Below, in pieces: positions 39,154 to 47,541 of a DNA stretch of 64,000 nt; position 1 is the stretch's first letter, and every line of letters begins with the position of its first letter. The stretch spans positions 11,865 through 75,864 of the forward strand of contig JAFULC010000044.1 of NCBI GenBank assembly GCA_017483305.1. Reading direction: 5' to 3'. The stretch is from Clostridia bacterium. Lineage in GTDB: Bacteria > Bacillota > Clostridia > Oscillospirales > CAG-272. Under the pieces are notes generated by a model. It worked only from the letters and a program-made list of their open reading frames with translations. It had not been told where the DNA came from and made no database searches. The position numbers and the translations under genes are program-made.

Positions 39154-40176
39154 TCACATAGACATTGCAAACGTAGAGGCTTCTTCCTGTTCGGAGGCTT
39201 CATCCTGAACATCTTCGGGAGCATACTCGGTCGTCTCAAAATTCCGCAATGCTTCTTCCATCCGTCTTGCCGCCAAGCGTTCCTTTTGAGCAACAGCTTG
39301 GGTGGGATCGCGCCATGCAATATTGCCGTCCAGCTTTTCAAGTAAAAAGGATCGGGCGGTTTTGAATTCGTCACCGATCATTCCGAGACGGAGAAGCCAT
39401 GTGCGGAAGGTATATTTTTCATTGGGACTCTGCGTTTTGGCACGGGATGCGCCTTTCTGAATAAGTGCCTGATGACTGATGGAAAGGCACAGTTGGATAT
39501 AGGTTTTTACCTGACCTGCGTGGAGCGTGGAGTTGAACAGTCGGAACTCTATCGTACCCTTGGAAAACACACTGTGCAGATTGAGCGCATGGTAGCGCGT
39601 ATTGTTATAGTGTTCGTGTCTGCCGCTTCGCCCGTTATACCATATCGTTTCAAGCTCATCCATCGACTTCGGTCGCTTGTGGTTCATCTCGTCAAGGAAG
39701 CGGGTATCGGCTTTTTTGCAATAATACTCCCGATCTACCTCCACGTCGAGCGCCTTATATAACAGATCCTCCTTTGCCGCCATAATGTTGACAATGTTTC
39801 GGAGGGTTTGCACGTTGTGCGTAGAGGCATCCACGTGAACATGGATGCCGCAAGAGTCATTGACCTTTGCGCCTGCATGACGGAGCTGACGCACAAGCTC
39901 CTGAAGCATCGGTATGTCCTCGTACCGACATATCGGAGAAACAAATTCCACCGAGTATTCTTTGTTGTTGGTTGAACCTCGGCGGGTTTCACAGTGAATG
40001 GATGCATCGCTGACGAGCTTCCATTGCCGGCCATCATCGCTACGCACAGTATAGGTATCGTAAACACCTCCCACATGATTTGCAGTAGTATTAAAATAGC
40101 CGGCGATCACCTTGGCGGCGGCCGCCCTTGTGATGCCGGTCATCTCTATTTCAATACCGAAGCGTTGGCTTCTCAA
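39154..40176 (-). CDS. amidoligase family protein (glutamine-synthetase-like, Amidoligase_2)
   Basis: 340 aa with FGIEIEMTGITR, CGIHVHVD and GTIEFRLFNSTLHAG, which match the mobile-element amidoligase family as I recall it. Confidence 0.85.
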   Translation of the reverse strand: MRSQRFGIEIEMTGITRAAAAKVIAGYFNTTANHVGGVYDTYTVRSDDGRQWKLVSDASIHCETRRGSTNNKEYSVEFVSPICRYEDIPMLQELVRQLRHAGAKVNDSCGIHVHVDASTHNVQTLRNIVNIMAAKEDLLYKALDVEVDREYYCKKADTRFLDEMNHKRPKSMDELETIWYNGRSGRHEHYNNTRYHALNLHSVFSKGTIEFRLFNSTLHAGQVKTYIQLCLSISHQALIQKGASRAKTQSPNEKYTFRTWLLRLGMIGDEFKTARSFLLEKLDGNIAWRDPTQAVAQKERLAARRMEEALRNFETTEYAPEDVQDEASEQEEASTFAMSM

Positions 40177-40433
40177 ACGCCGTCACTCCCGTCGGGGGCA
40201 GAGTCAGCCACGGCAGAAGGAACAGGCTTCTTTTTCTTTTCTGGCGTTTTTGTCGGTATTCCCGAACGCAGATCGAGAAACTCACGAACACCCGCAGGCA
40301 CGGTCTTGGCGTAGAGCGTATCAATGCTTTTTTCAAGCTCGCTCTCAACACTCTGCCCGCGCTGTTCAAGATACATCTTGAGTGCGGAGAGCTTCTCGTC
40401 ATCGAAGGATACGCTGACAGTTATTTTCTTCAT
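40173..40433 (-). CDS. small conserved ICE protein (hypothetical)
   Basis: 86 aa starting at MKKITVSVSFDDEKLSALKMYLEQ, with AAAGGAG 8 nt upstream. Its stop overlaps the amidoligase start. Confidence 0.6.
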   Translation of the reverse strand: MKKITVSVSFDDEKLSALKMYLEQRGQSVESELEKSIDTLYAKTVPAGVREFLDLRSGIPTKTPEKKKKPVPSAVADSAPDGSDGV

Positions 40434-40447
40434 AGAGATCACTCCTT

Positions 40448-40678
40448 TCACATTTTCATTGTGAGGCATTCTTCCTCGTCGTGATAGATATCCTCATCCA
40501 CAATATTTGCGCCGAGCATTTCAAGCATATTTTCCGCTTGTTCTTCCTCGGGGCAGCAGTCGGGAGCGTTTGCCGCATAGACCGCTTGCTCCACCAAGTC
40601 CTCGGCGGTGATGAGATCTGTGGTTTCCTCGATATCCTTTTTGTGTTCTTGTTCTGCCGTTAATTTCTTTTTATCCAC
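40448..40678 (-). CDS. small acidic hypothetical protein
   Basis: 76 aa and rich in Asp/Glu. It overlaps the end of the upstream membrane-protein gene by 8 nt. Confidence 0.5.
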   Translation of the reverse strand: MDKKKLTAEQEHKKDIEETTDLITAEDLVEQAVYAANAPDCCPEEEQAENMLEMLGANIVDEDIYHDEEECLTMKM

Positions 40679-41219
40679 TTGGTGTTACCTCCGTTTCACT
40701 TGATGTGTCGGGCGGCTCGGTTTCTTCGGGAGGCGGTTCGGGTTCGATATGTTCATCGCGCATCTTTTGCACGGCAGAGGTAAAATCCGAGGCGAGGATG
40801 TTCGTACCGAAGGCTGCATTGACCTTGGCGATGAGATCCTCGTCACTCTGTCCTTCCGAGAAGCATCCGACGAGCTTATCCGCAAATCCTTCCTCCGAGC
40901 CACGGGTGAAGAGCGCAAGCGAATAGATCGCCTGCGCCTCCTTCACATTCAGATGACTGTGACCTGCGGACAGCATCTTTTCCTCGATCTCGGTCATCAC
41001 GCCCGATGCCGAGGATTGGTTTTCCACGATCATCTCTTGCAATCGGTCTATATTCAGATCCACACCTCCCGTGAAAATTCCGAGGAGCGCGATGATCGGC
41101 ATGGCGATGATCACCACCACGCCGATCACAATCCCGACCACCTTTTTGAGTGCTTTCGGGTTGGTCAGAATATAGGTCGCAACTTTTTTGATGATCGGAA
41201 TTAGGGCGGGTGCCGCCAT
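40671..41219 (-). CDS. T4SS-associated membrane protein; apparently only the N-terminal TM-plus-linker part of a larger ICE protein
   Basis: 182 aa with one strong TM segment (VVGIVIGVVVIIAMPIIALLGIF). It ends in a Pro/Glu/Thr linker-like stretch, EPEPPPEETEPPDTSSETEVTPSG. Confidence 0.55.
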   Translation of the reverse strand: MAAPALIPIIKKVATYILTNPKALKKVVGIVIGVVVIIAMPIIALLGIFTGGVDLNIDRLQEMIVENQSSASGVMTEIEEKMLSAGHSHLNVKEAQAIYSLALFTRGSEEGFADKLVGCFSEGQSDEDLIAKVNAAFGTNILASDFTSAVQKMRDEHIEPEPPPEETEPPDTSSETEVTPSG

Positions 41220-43093
41220 TACCGCCCACCCGCCTTTCCGAAGAGTGTCGCCTTATAGTCGGGAGCTTTGACCTGAAGCAAATACCTCTCGTTTCCGCAA
41301 CGGTAGAGACACGTTCCTCTTTCGGGATATTTGATCAGCTCGAACTCACTCGGCTCGACCTGCAGAGCATCCATATATTCCTTGGGATTGATCTGCCCCG
41401 CATTGAAGAGGAAGTGGTGCGTGGGAATGCTGAACAGCGGCTTTGTGAATTCACGAATGTTCGGAATGAGGAAATCCTCAATGTTCTGCGACGCCAGCAC
41501 CACAGAGGAGTTCTTCTTGCGGACGCGCTTCATGCAGTTGCGGATATACTCGATGGCGGTCATGTTCGTAAGGAACAGATAAAGCTCGTCCACCGATGCC
41601 ACGGTGTTGCCCTTGCCAAGGAGCTGATTGCTCATAAAGGACAGTATGTTGAACAGCATCGCATCCTTGAGGCGTTTGTTGCTGTCCATGAGTCCTTTGA
41701 CTCCGAAGCAGAGGAAGTCGCCGTCGGTGATATTGGTGTGTCCGTTGAAATACTTGCTCTCCGAGCCGACGCACATGGAGTTGATGCCGAGGCAGACCTC
41801 TTGCAGAGTTTCCTCGGTATAGAGGTATTTTCTCTGCTTATCGTAGGTCATAAATTCTTCCTCGCACAAACGGTAAAAGTCCGACATAATGGGATAGTCG
41901 GTGGGACGGAGCTTATCGTAGTCGGTGAAGTCGGTGATGCCGAAACGGGCATAGAGCTTTGCAAGGAGGATTTCGATGGTGTCAAGCTGACTGTCGTTGA
42001 AATCCTTATAGCAACGGAAAAAGTCCTTGAGGAATGCGATGTGCTGTGAGAGGCGCGTTACCTTGCGGAATGCTTCGGGGCAGGCAGTGCCTGCAGCCAA
42101 ATCAGACGAAGCTTCATCTTCGCCGTTTGCCTCTCCGTCTACGGAAGTATCGCTCCACGCCTTGGGTTCAAGCGGGTTGATGGTATATGCTCCCGAAAGG
42201 AAATCAATATAGCACCCGCCGAGGTTGACACACAGATCCTCATACTCCGCTTCGGGATCGAGGCAGATGATGCTCTTGCCGGATTCACGGAGATTGGTGA
42301 GCAACAGCTTCATGAGATAGCTCTTGCCCTGACCGCTGTTTCCGAGAATGAGGATATTGCTTGTGGTCTTGTCCTCGGCGCGCTTGTCGAAGTCCACAAG
42401 GATATTTGTGCCGTATTTGTCGCGCCCGATATAGAGCCCGTGTGCATCGGTCTTGCCGGAAAAATTGAAGGGATAGAAATTTGCCGCCGAGCTTGCAGGC
42501 AGTACGCGCTCATACTGCGCTCCGAACTGATTCGAGCCCACGGGCAGAACAGACAAAAATCCTTCTTTCTGCCGTAAGGTCAGTTTGTCTACCGAGATTT
42601 TGTTTCGTGTCAGCTCCATGCCGACCTCGCTCTGCAATTCCTTGAGGGCTTCAAGGCTTTTTGCCTTCAGCTCGATGAACACCGAGCAATGCAAAAGAGG
42701 CTCTTTGTTGCGGTTGAGGCTTGCGGCAAGCTCCATCACGTCTTGGAGGTTGCCCTCGGCTTCGATGGCATCGTTCACGTCATCGGCAATACGCTTCATC
42801 TTGTTCTTGCGGGTGGCATTCTGAATGATGCGCCTCTGCTCCATGTGTTCGACGAGACGGTGATAAATGCGGAGCGTCACGCCGCTTTTGTCGGCAAGGG
42901 ATGAGAGGATTGCCAGCTCCTCGGTGGAGGGCGGATATTCACGGATCACCCACGCACAGCGATAGCTGTCGCCTACGATATAGTGGTCGGTCATAAACTT
43001 GATCGTGCCGGGGAGGATACAGTCGAAGAAGTCCTTCGTGCGGATTTCCTCCAACTGTTCCTCGGTCAGCACCTTGGGCTTTCTCTTAAACAT
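41219..43093 (-). CDS. VirB4-like conjugal transfer ATPase (C-terminal ~3/4 of a typical VirB4)
   Basis: 624 aa with Walker A GNSGQGKS and a downstream Walker B-like hydrophobic-D/E stretch. The ATG shares one base with the upstream TAA. Confidence 0.85.
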   Translation of the reverse strand: MFKRKPKVLTEEQLEEIRTKDFFDCILPGTIKFMTDHYIVGDSYRCAWVIREYPPSTEELAILSSLADKSGVTLRIYHRLVEHMEQRRIIQNATRKNKMKRIADDVNDAIEAEGNLQDVMELAASLNRNKEPLLHCSVFIELKAKSLEALKELQSEVGMELTRNKISVDKLTLRQKEGFLSVLPVGSNQFGAQYERVLPASSAANFYPFNFSGKTDAHGLYIGRDKYGTNILVDFDKRAEDKTTSNILILGNSGQGKSYLMKLLLTNLRESGKSIICLDPEAEYEDLCVNLGGCYIDFLSGAYTINPLEPKAWSDTSVDGEANGEDEASSDLAAGTACPEAFRKVTRLSQHIAFLKDFFRCYKDFNDSQLDTIEILLAKLYARFGITDFTDYDKLRPTDYPIMSDFYRLCEEEFMTYDKQRKYLYTEETLQEVCLGINSMCVGSESKYFNGHTNITDGDFLCFGVKGLMDSNKRLKDAMLFNILSFMSNQLLGKGNTVASVDELYLFLTNMTAIEYIRNCMKRVRKKNSSVVLASQNIEDFLIPNIREFTKPLFSIPTHHFLFNAGQINPKEYMDALQVEPSEFELIKYPERGTCLYRCGNERYLLQVKAPDYKATLFGKAGGR

Positions 43094-43707
43094 TACGCAT
43101 CGCCTCCTTCTTCGTCGAGATACTGAATGCCGTCGGCATCCGACATCAGCTCGCCCTGCATGGATGCCTCAAAATACAGAGCGAGAAATCTCTTGATCTC
43201 CTGTTTCTTCATGCGGCGTACCTCGAAGCCCTGCTCGGAGATGGTTTTTTCGATCTCATTGGCTCTTTTGAACACTTGAGACGGCTTGAGGTTACGGCAT
43301 CGTGCGGTAAAAAGGAACTGACGCGCCGTCGCCATCTCCATTTGCACGGCATCGAGAAAGTCGATGTCCTTTTCGAGCAGGCTCCTGACCTTGAGATTCG
43401 GCTCTTTCTCAATCCTGTCCATCAGATAGAGCTTGTTGTCATCAAAGCACTCGGACGAGTCGGTGACGGTGATCTCAATGTCGGTTTCGGTGGAAAGGAC
43501 GAGCTTGAGCTGTCTGATCTTGTTCTCAATATTCGCCGCCGACAGCACCGAGATATTGGTTGGCGTTACGAGGTAAAACAAAAGCTCGCCTCGATTGGTT
43601 ACGATGCCGTAATCGGTGAAGGTCTTGATGCCGATGAGATCCTGCACCGATGCGCCTTTTTTCTTTGTCTGCGGGGTAGTTTTAGGCTGTGTTTTCTTCT
43701 TTGCCAC
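43093..43707 (-). CDS. VirB4 N-terminal-domain-like protein (separate ORF)
   Basis: 204 aa. It has a Lys-rich N-terminus followed by SVQDLIGIKTFTDYGIV, resembling the N-terminus of Firmicutes VirB4 (Tn916 Orf16-like) proteins as I recall them. Confidence 0.6.
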   Translation of the reverse strand: MAKKKTQPKTTPQTKKKGASVQDLIGIKTFTDYGIVTNRGELLFYLVTPTNISVLSAANIENKIRQLKLVLSTETDIEITVTDSSECFDDNKLYLMDRIEKEPNLKVRSLLEKDIDFLDAVQMEMATARQFLFTARCRNLKPSQVFKRANEIEKTISEQGFEVRRMKKQEIKRFLALYFEASMQGELMSDADGIQYLDEEGGDA

Positions 43708-43713
43708 AGTCGG

Positions 43714-43974
43714 TCACCTCCATTCGTAATACTGTTGTGCCGTGATGAAATACCGCACGGCGTATTTGATAAAATCAAGGATGGTCATATCATCCTTGCG
43801 GATGGTGAGAAAGCCGAAGCACAGCGTTCCCGCTGCCGGTATCAGCCATCCAAGCTCGACAGCCGCAACCACCGAGATCAGCGCGCAGATGGCGAGAATA
43901 ATAAAATCCCGCATTCCCCAAAGCCACATATTTGCCTTGGCCTTGAGGTTCTGCGGGTACAAAAATCTTGTCAT
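43714..43974 (-). CDS. PrgI / VirB3-like small membrane protein
   Basis: 86 aa with two TM helices, positioned directly upstream of VirB4. Confidence 0.7.
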   Translation of the reverse strand: MTRFLYPQNLKAKANMWLWGMRDFIILAICALISVVAAVELGWLIPAAGTLCFGFLTIRKDDMTILDFIKYAVRYFITAQQYYEWR

Positions 43975-43985
43975 AGGTTGCCTCC

Positions 43986-44918
43986 TTATCTTCCCGCAAT
44001 CTTTGCCACAGAGCGCGTCAGATTGACCGCTGTGGTGGTTGCGTGAACAACGCTCATCATATTGACCTTGACCGAGGAATCCAGTCCGAACTGCTGTGCA
44101 ATGCGAGGCACTTCGTTAGCCGCAAGCATAATGCCGAGTCCGAGGAGCATATTTCCGGGGAAGGTGATGAGTCCGAGGAACAATAGGGTTGTCTGCATAA
44201 ACGCCGTAAGGCAGATCGCCGCCACCTGCTTCATCCATTGCACGAAGCCGTCCGTATATCCTCTCGGTACGGAGAACATATACAACGCTCCCACCGACAT
44301 CTGCACGAGCAGAATGCCTCCGCGCTTGATATTTTGGAAAAATATCTTGATCACGCAGTACGCAAACGCAATCAGCACAAGAATATTGAGCAGGCTCGAC
44401 TGCGTTGCTACGCCTTGGAATCCGCTTGTCAGCACGCGCAGACTCATGTCGGCAATGTCCACCGACTGACCGCTTGCGAACAGCCTTGAAAGGTCATGGG
44501 AAAAGGTGTTTTGCAGAGAGATGCAGAATTTATACAGCTCTATGGGAACAACACCGATCAGCGAACACGCAAAAAAGCCTTTGAGGATATTGAGGGCTGT
44601 GGTCTTGATATTTGCTCTGCCGCTTTGATATTCGATTGCCACGTCAAAGATGGCAACCACCACGCCTGCAACGAATAATGCCCATCCGAACAGCGTAAAT
44701 AAGTGGACGGTAGCCTGCACCCATTTGAGATCGAACACCTCTGCGCCCATATTGCCCATCATCGTAAAGAAGTCGGCAACGGCGTTATAGATTGTTTCGT
44801 AAAACCATTTCATCATGGTGTTCCATATCGTATTGGATATCTGCTGTCCTATCCCGCTGAAGGCGTTTGCTATGGCATCGGTGATTCCGTCGATCAGGTC
44901 TTGAAGCCAATCAAACAT
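43986..44918 (-). CDS. VirB6/TrbL-like polytopic T4SS membrane protein
   Basis: 310 aa with multiple TM helices. Position and pattern are typical of the CD1112/TrbL family. Confidence 0.75.
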   Translation of the reverse strand: MFDWLQDLIDGITDAIANAFSGIGQQISNTIWNTMMKWFYETIYNAVADFFTMMGNMGAEVFDLKWVQATVHLFTLFGWALFVAGVVVAIFDVAIEYQSGRANIKTTALNILKGFFACSLIGVVPIELYKFCISLQNTFSHDLSRLFASGQSVDIADMSLRVLTSGFQGVATQSSLLNILVLIAFAYCVIKIFFQNIKRGGILLVQMSVGALYMFSVPRGYTDGFVQWMKQVAAICLTAFMQTTLLFLGLITFPGNMLLGLGIMLAANEVPRIAQQFGLDSSVKVNMMSVVHATTTAVNLTRSVAKIAGR

Positions 44919-44988
44919 TTCGTTTCACCTCCGTTCTCCGCAGGCGGCGAACCGCCTGCGGATATGATATTGGTTGCTTTGCCTCTCA

Positions 44989-45351
44989 TCAGATACCGAT
45001 AATGTTCCAAATATAAAGGGGTGCTGTGAGCGTAAATACAAGGCAGGCGAACAGAATCGCGGGTGCGGCGAATTCAAACTGACCGTGCTTGCGATAGTCA
45101 AAGTATGCCGTGCCGAGCTTTACGAACAAAAGGATGGCGAGGATCAGATCCACGATGGGAAAGATGACATTGTTGGTCACCTGTTTGATCTGCCCCTTGG
45201 CAGAGTTCCAAGTGTCCTCGACGGCTCCGGCAACGTCGCCCGTAGGAGTCGCGGCAAAAGCGGAAACCGACATGATGGAAACGAGGAGCGCGACCATCGC
45301 CACGCAGATGAGGAGCTTTGTGAGCTTCTTGTTCTTCATGATCTTATTCAT
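44989..45351 (-). CDS. Maff2-family (pilin/VirB2-like) small membrane protein
   Basis: 120 aa with a signal peptide ending AFAATP and two further TM helices. GGAGG RBS. Confidence 0.65.
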   Translation of the reverse strand: MNKIMKNKKLTKLLICVAMVALLVSIMSVSAFAATPTGDVAGAVEDTWNSAKGQIKQVTNNVIFPIVDLILAILLFVKLGTAYFDYRKHGQFEFAAPAILFACLVFTLTAPLYIWNIIGI

Positions 45352-45701
45352 ATTCTTTTTCCTCCGATTATTTTAGTGATTTCGTGGTAACGGATTTTCT
45401 TCATTTTGATGTTGAGGTTTTGGCAGAAGCGTATCTCTGCCTGCATACCTTCGGTCACCTCATCTCCGAAGATCCACATTTCGTCGCAGAACCACAAAAG
45501 ACTCAGCCCCGCCGCCATACCCATCTCACGCTCCTTTTCGATACGGTCATCGAGGCAGAGGGCGTAAAAATGCGGGACGACAGGAGCCGTTCCGCATTTA
45601 AGGGCATATTCGGTATAGGTCTTAACGAGTTCGAGGTTCTCGCTGACATCGCCTCCAAGGGGCGCACAGATATATACTTTCTTCATCATGCGCCGCCCCA
45701 T
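45348..45701 (-). CDS. DUF4406 / nucleoside 2-deoxyribosyltransferase-like protein
   Basis: 117 aa. KVYICAPLGGD...PHFY...WIFGD resembles the DUF4406 family. The exact start is uncertain (45686-45701). Confidence 0.55.
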   Translation of the reverse strand: MGRRMMKKVYICAPLGGDVSENLELVKTYTEYALKCGTAPVVPHFYALCLDDRIEKEREMGMAAGLSLLWFCDEMWIFGDEVTEGMQAEIRFCQNLNIKMKKIRYHEITKIIGGKRI

Positions 45702-45799
45702 CTCTTTCTTTTCATGCTGTGTTACCTCCGTTCATATCTTGGTTTCGGGACGGGAGCATCACGCCATATTTATCATCACCTCGCTTTTTCGATGGACTT

Positions 45800-46099
45800 T
45801 TATACAGAAAGACCGCTCTGTTTTTCTGCCCACATCACGGACAGATGCACAAGTGCGGCTCTTTGCTGTTCGGGAGAGAGACCGTTAAGAAAATCAAGGA
45901 GGGTGACCTCATCGCTTTTCTTGACGGGTTTGACTTTTTCGCAGTCGCAAATGCGCTCTCTGCGGACGATGACGGTTCTGCCGTCGCTGCCCTCGGTAAA
46001 GGACAGAACATCGTTATAGGCGAAGCCTACCTTCTGTCTGATCTCATAGGGGATGGTGATCCTTCCTCTCTTGCCGAGGATTCGGAGTAATTTGGCCAT
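45800..46099 (-). CDS. AbrB/MazE/SpoVT-family DNA-binding protein
   Basis: 99 aa. The N-terminus LGKRGRITIPYEIRQKVGF is a swapped-hairpin barrel motif. Confidence 0.75.
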   Translation of the reverse strand: MAKLLRILGKRGRITIPYEIRQKVGFAYNDVLSFTEGSDGRTVIVRRERICDCEKVKPVKKSDEVTLLDFLNGLSPEQQRAALVHLSVMWAEKQSGLSV

Positions 46100-46102
46100 A
46101 TA

Positions 46103-46321
46103 TCAAAGCACCTCGCTTTCTTCGCATTCTTCATTGATCGGGCAATCCTCGCAGATGCCGTCGCATACATAGTTGGTTGTGTCGGGTTCGGCTGTGATGA
46201 CGATTCTTCCTTCTTCTGCCGTGAGCTGCACGAGATCACCGTCCGTGATGCCTGCTTCGACGAACAGCTCCACGGGGACGGAAAGCAGAACGCAGTCAAT
46301 GCTCAATTTCGGATTTTGCAT
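46103..46321 (-). CDS. AbrB/SpoVT-like small protein with a Cys-rich acidic tail
   Basis: SVPVELFVEAGITDGDLVQLTAEEGRIVI is SpoVT/AbrB-like. The tail is CDGICEDCPINEEC. The start is ATG 46321 or TTG 46306, which overlaps the methylase stop. Confidence 0.55.
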   Translation of the reverse strand: MQNPKLSIDCVLLSVPVELFVEAGITDGDLVQLTAEEGRIVITAEPDTTNYVCDGICEDCPINEECEESEVL

Positions 46322-47325
46322 GAAATAATACACTCCTTTAATACTTTTTCGTAGTTGAATTCATTGTCCACTTCGCTGAACAGCGTGAGCTGCTTCGGCT
46401 TTTCTCGCTCTCGCTCATACAGATCGTAGTTGGCTATGAGAAGCTCCTTGAATTCCTTGCCTGCCTCATAACGCTGTGCCATCGAATGCGCCCTTGAAAA
46501 ATCGAAAAACGAGAAGCCCTCGTAAAGCTGACGGATTTCGGGACAGTCGTTATAGGACAAGAGAAACTTTCCTTTGATGCCTGCAAGCGTATCCCGTAGG
46601 CGCACGTGATCCTCCCATCCGAAGCCTACCGCATACATATCCTCGGTGGAGTAGTAGGGCGGATCAGCATAGAAGAAGGCATCGGGGCGGTCGTAGTGCG
46701 TGATGAGGGTTTCAAAGTCCTGATTTTCGATCACTACATTTGCCATGCGATCTTCGAGTTCTCGGATGAGAGCGAACAGCCTGCGGATGTCGCAGGGCTG
46801 TGAGGCAAAGGATTTGCATCCGCTTGAATAGCTGTAGCGGAGCAGCTTTAAGAACATCGCGGCACGGCGCACGTCGTGATCCTCGGTGATACGCCTGCGT
46901 ATCTCCGCAAGCTCCTTGGCTTCGGGCGGTGGGAACAGTATCTCAGTTAGCTGCAGTTCCTCGTTCATATACTTATCGTCAAAAGCTTCATGCTCAAAAA
47001 ATCTCTTTATGGCTATGAAGTCCTCACGGGAGTTGAGGTTGCAGAAGCCGATCTCTCGGATCGTCGCCATCGTCCTCTCCTTCATGCATCGGAACAGATT
47101 GACGAGGTTACGGTCAAAATCGTTATACACCTCAAAGGGATGTATCTCCGGCTTACCGAGCAGTACGCTGCCCGAGCCCCCGAACACGTCGATAAATCTG
47201 CCGTATTTCGGCGGGAATACCGCATAGAGGATATGGAGGATCGAGGATTTGTTGCCCACCCTTGAAACGGGGGTTTTAATGGTGATCACCTCACTTTCGT
47301 GGGGTATCCATCGCTCCCGAAACAA
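46303..47325 (-). CDS. DNA N6-adenine methyltransferase (Dam / D12 class), orphan
   Basis: It has the catalytic DPPY motif (FYADPPYY) and the FGGSGS SAM-binding motif. The start is uncertain: TTG 47325 lies inside the upstream terminator T-run, and GTG 47289 is the alternative. Confidence 0.85.
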   Translation of the reverse strand: MFRERWIPHESEVITIKTPVSRVGNKSSILHILYAVFPPKYGRFIDVFGGSGSVLLGKPEIHPFEVYNDFDRNLVNLFRCMKERTMATIREIGFCNLNSREDFIAIKRFFEHEAFDDKYMNEELQLTEILFPPPEAKELAEIRRRITEDHDVRRAAMFLKLLRYSYSSGCKSFASQPCDIRRLFALIRELEDRMANVVIENQDFETLITHYDRPDAFFYADPPYYSTEDMYAVGFGWEDHVRLRDTLAGIKGKFLLSYNDCPEIRQLYEGFSFFDFSRAHSMAQRYEAGKEFKELLIANYDLYEREREKPKQLTLFSEVDNEFNYEKVLKECIISCKIRN

Positions 47326-47366
47326 AAAAAGACGGTATCAATCGTTTCGGGGCGATTGATACCGTC
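47324..47366 (-). terminator. intrinsic terminator after the small TM gene
   Basis: Perfect 14-bp stem GACGGTATCAATCG / CGATTGATACCGTC followed, on the minus strand, by TTTTTTT. Confidence 0.7.
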
Positions 47367-47372
47367 TTTGGG

Positions 47373-47519
47373 TTACTTACGCTGATAGAGTTGATTTCGG
47401 AGCTGTCGGATTTCGCGCTCATAGCGGTTGGATCGGTTGATCTGCACACAGCAAAGGACAACCGTGCCGATGCACCCGCCGATCAAGAGTCCGGCGAGAA
47501 ACCAAAGTAATGTTGCCAT
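47373..47519 (-). CDS. small single-TM ICE protein (48 aa; DUF3789-like)
   Basis: It is not in the ORF track because it is under 60 aa. My translation is MATLLWFLAGLLIGGCIGTVVLCCVQINRSNRYEREIRQLRNQLYQRK. A terminator follows it. Confidence 0.55.
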   Translation of the reverse strand: MATLLWFLAGLLIGGCIGTVVLCCVQINRSNRYEREIRQLRNQLYQRK

Positions 47520-47541
47520 ATTGTTTTTTCCTTTCTGTCGG

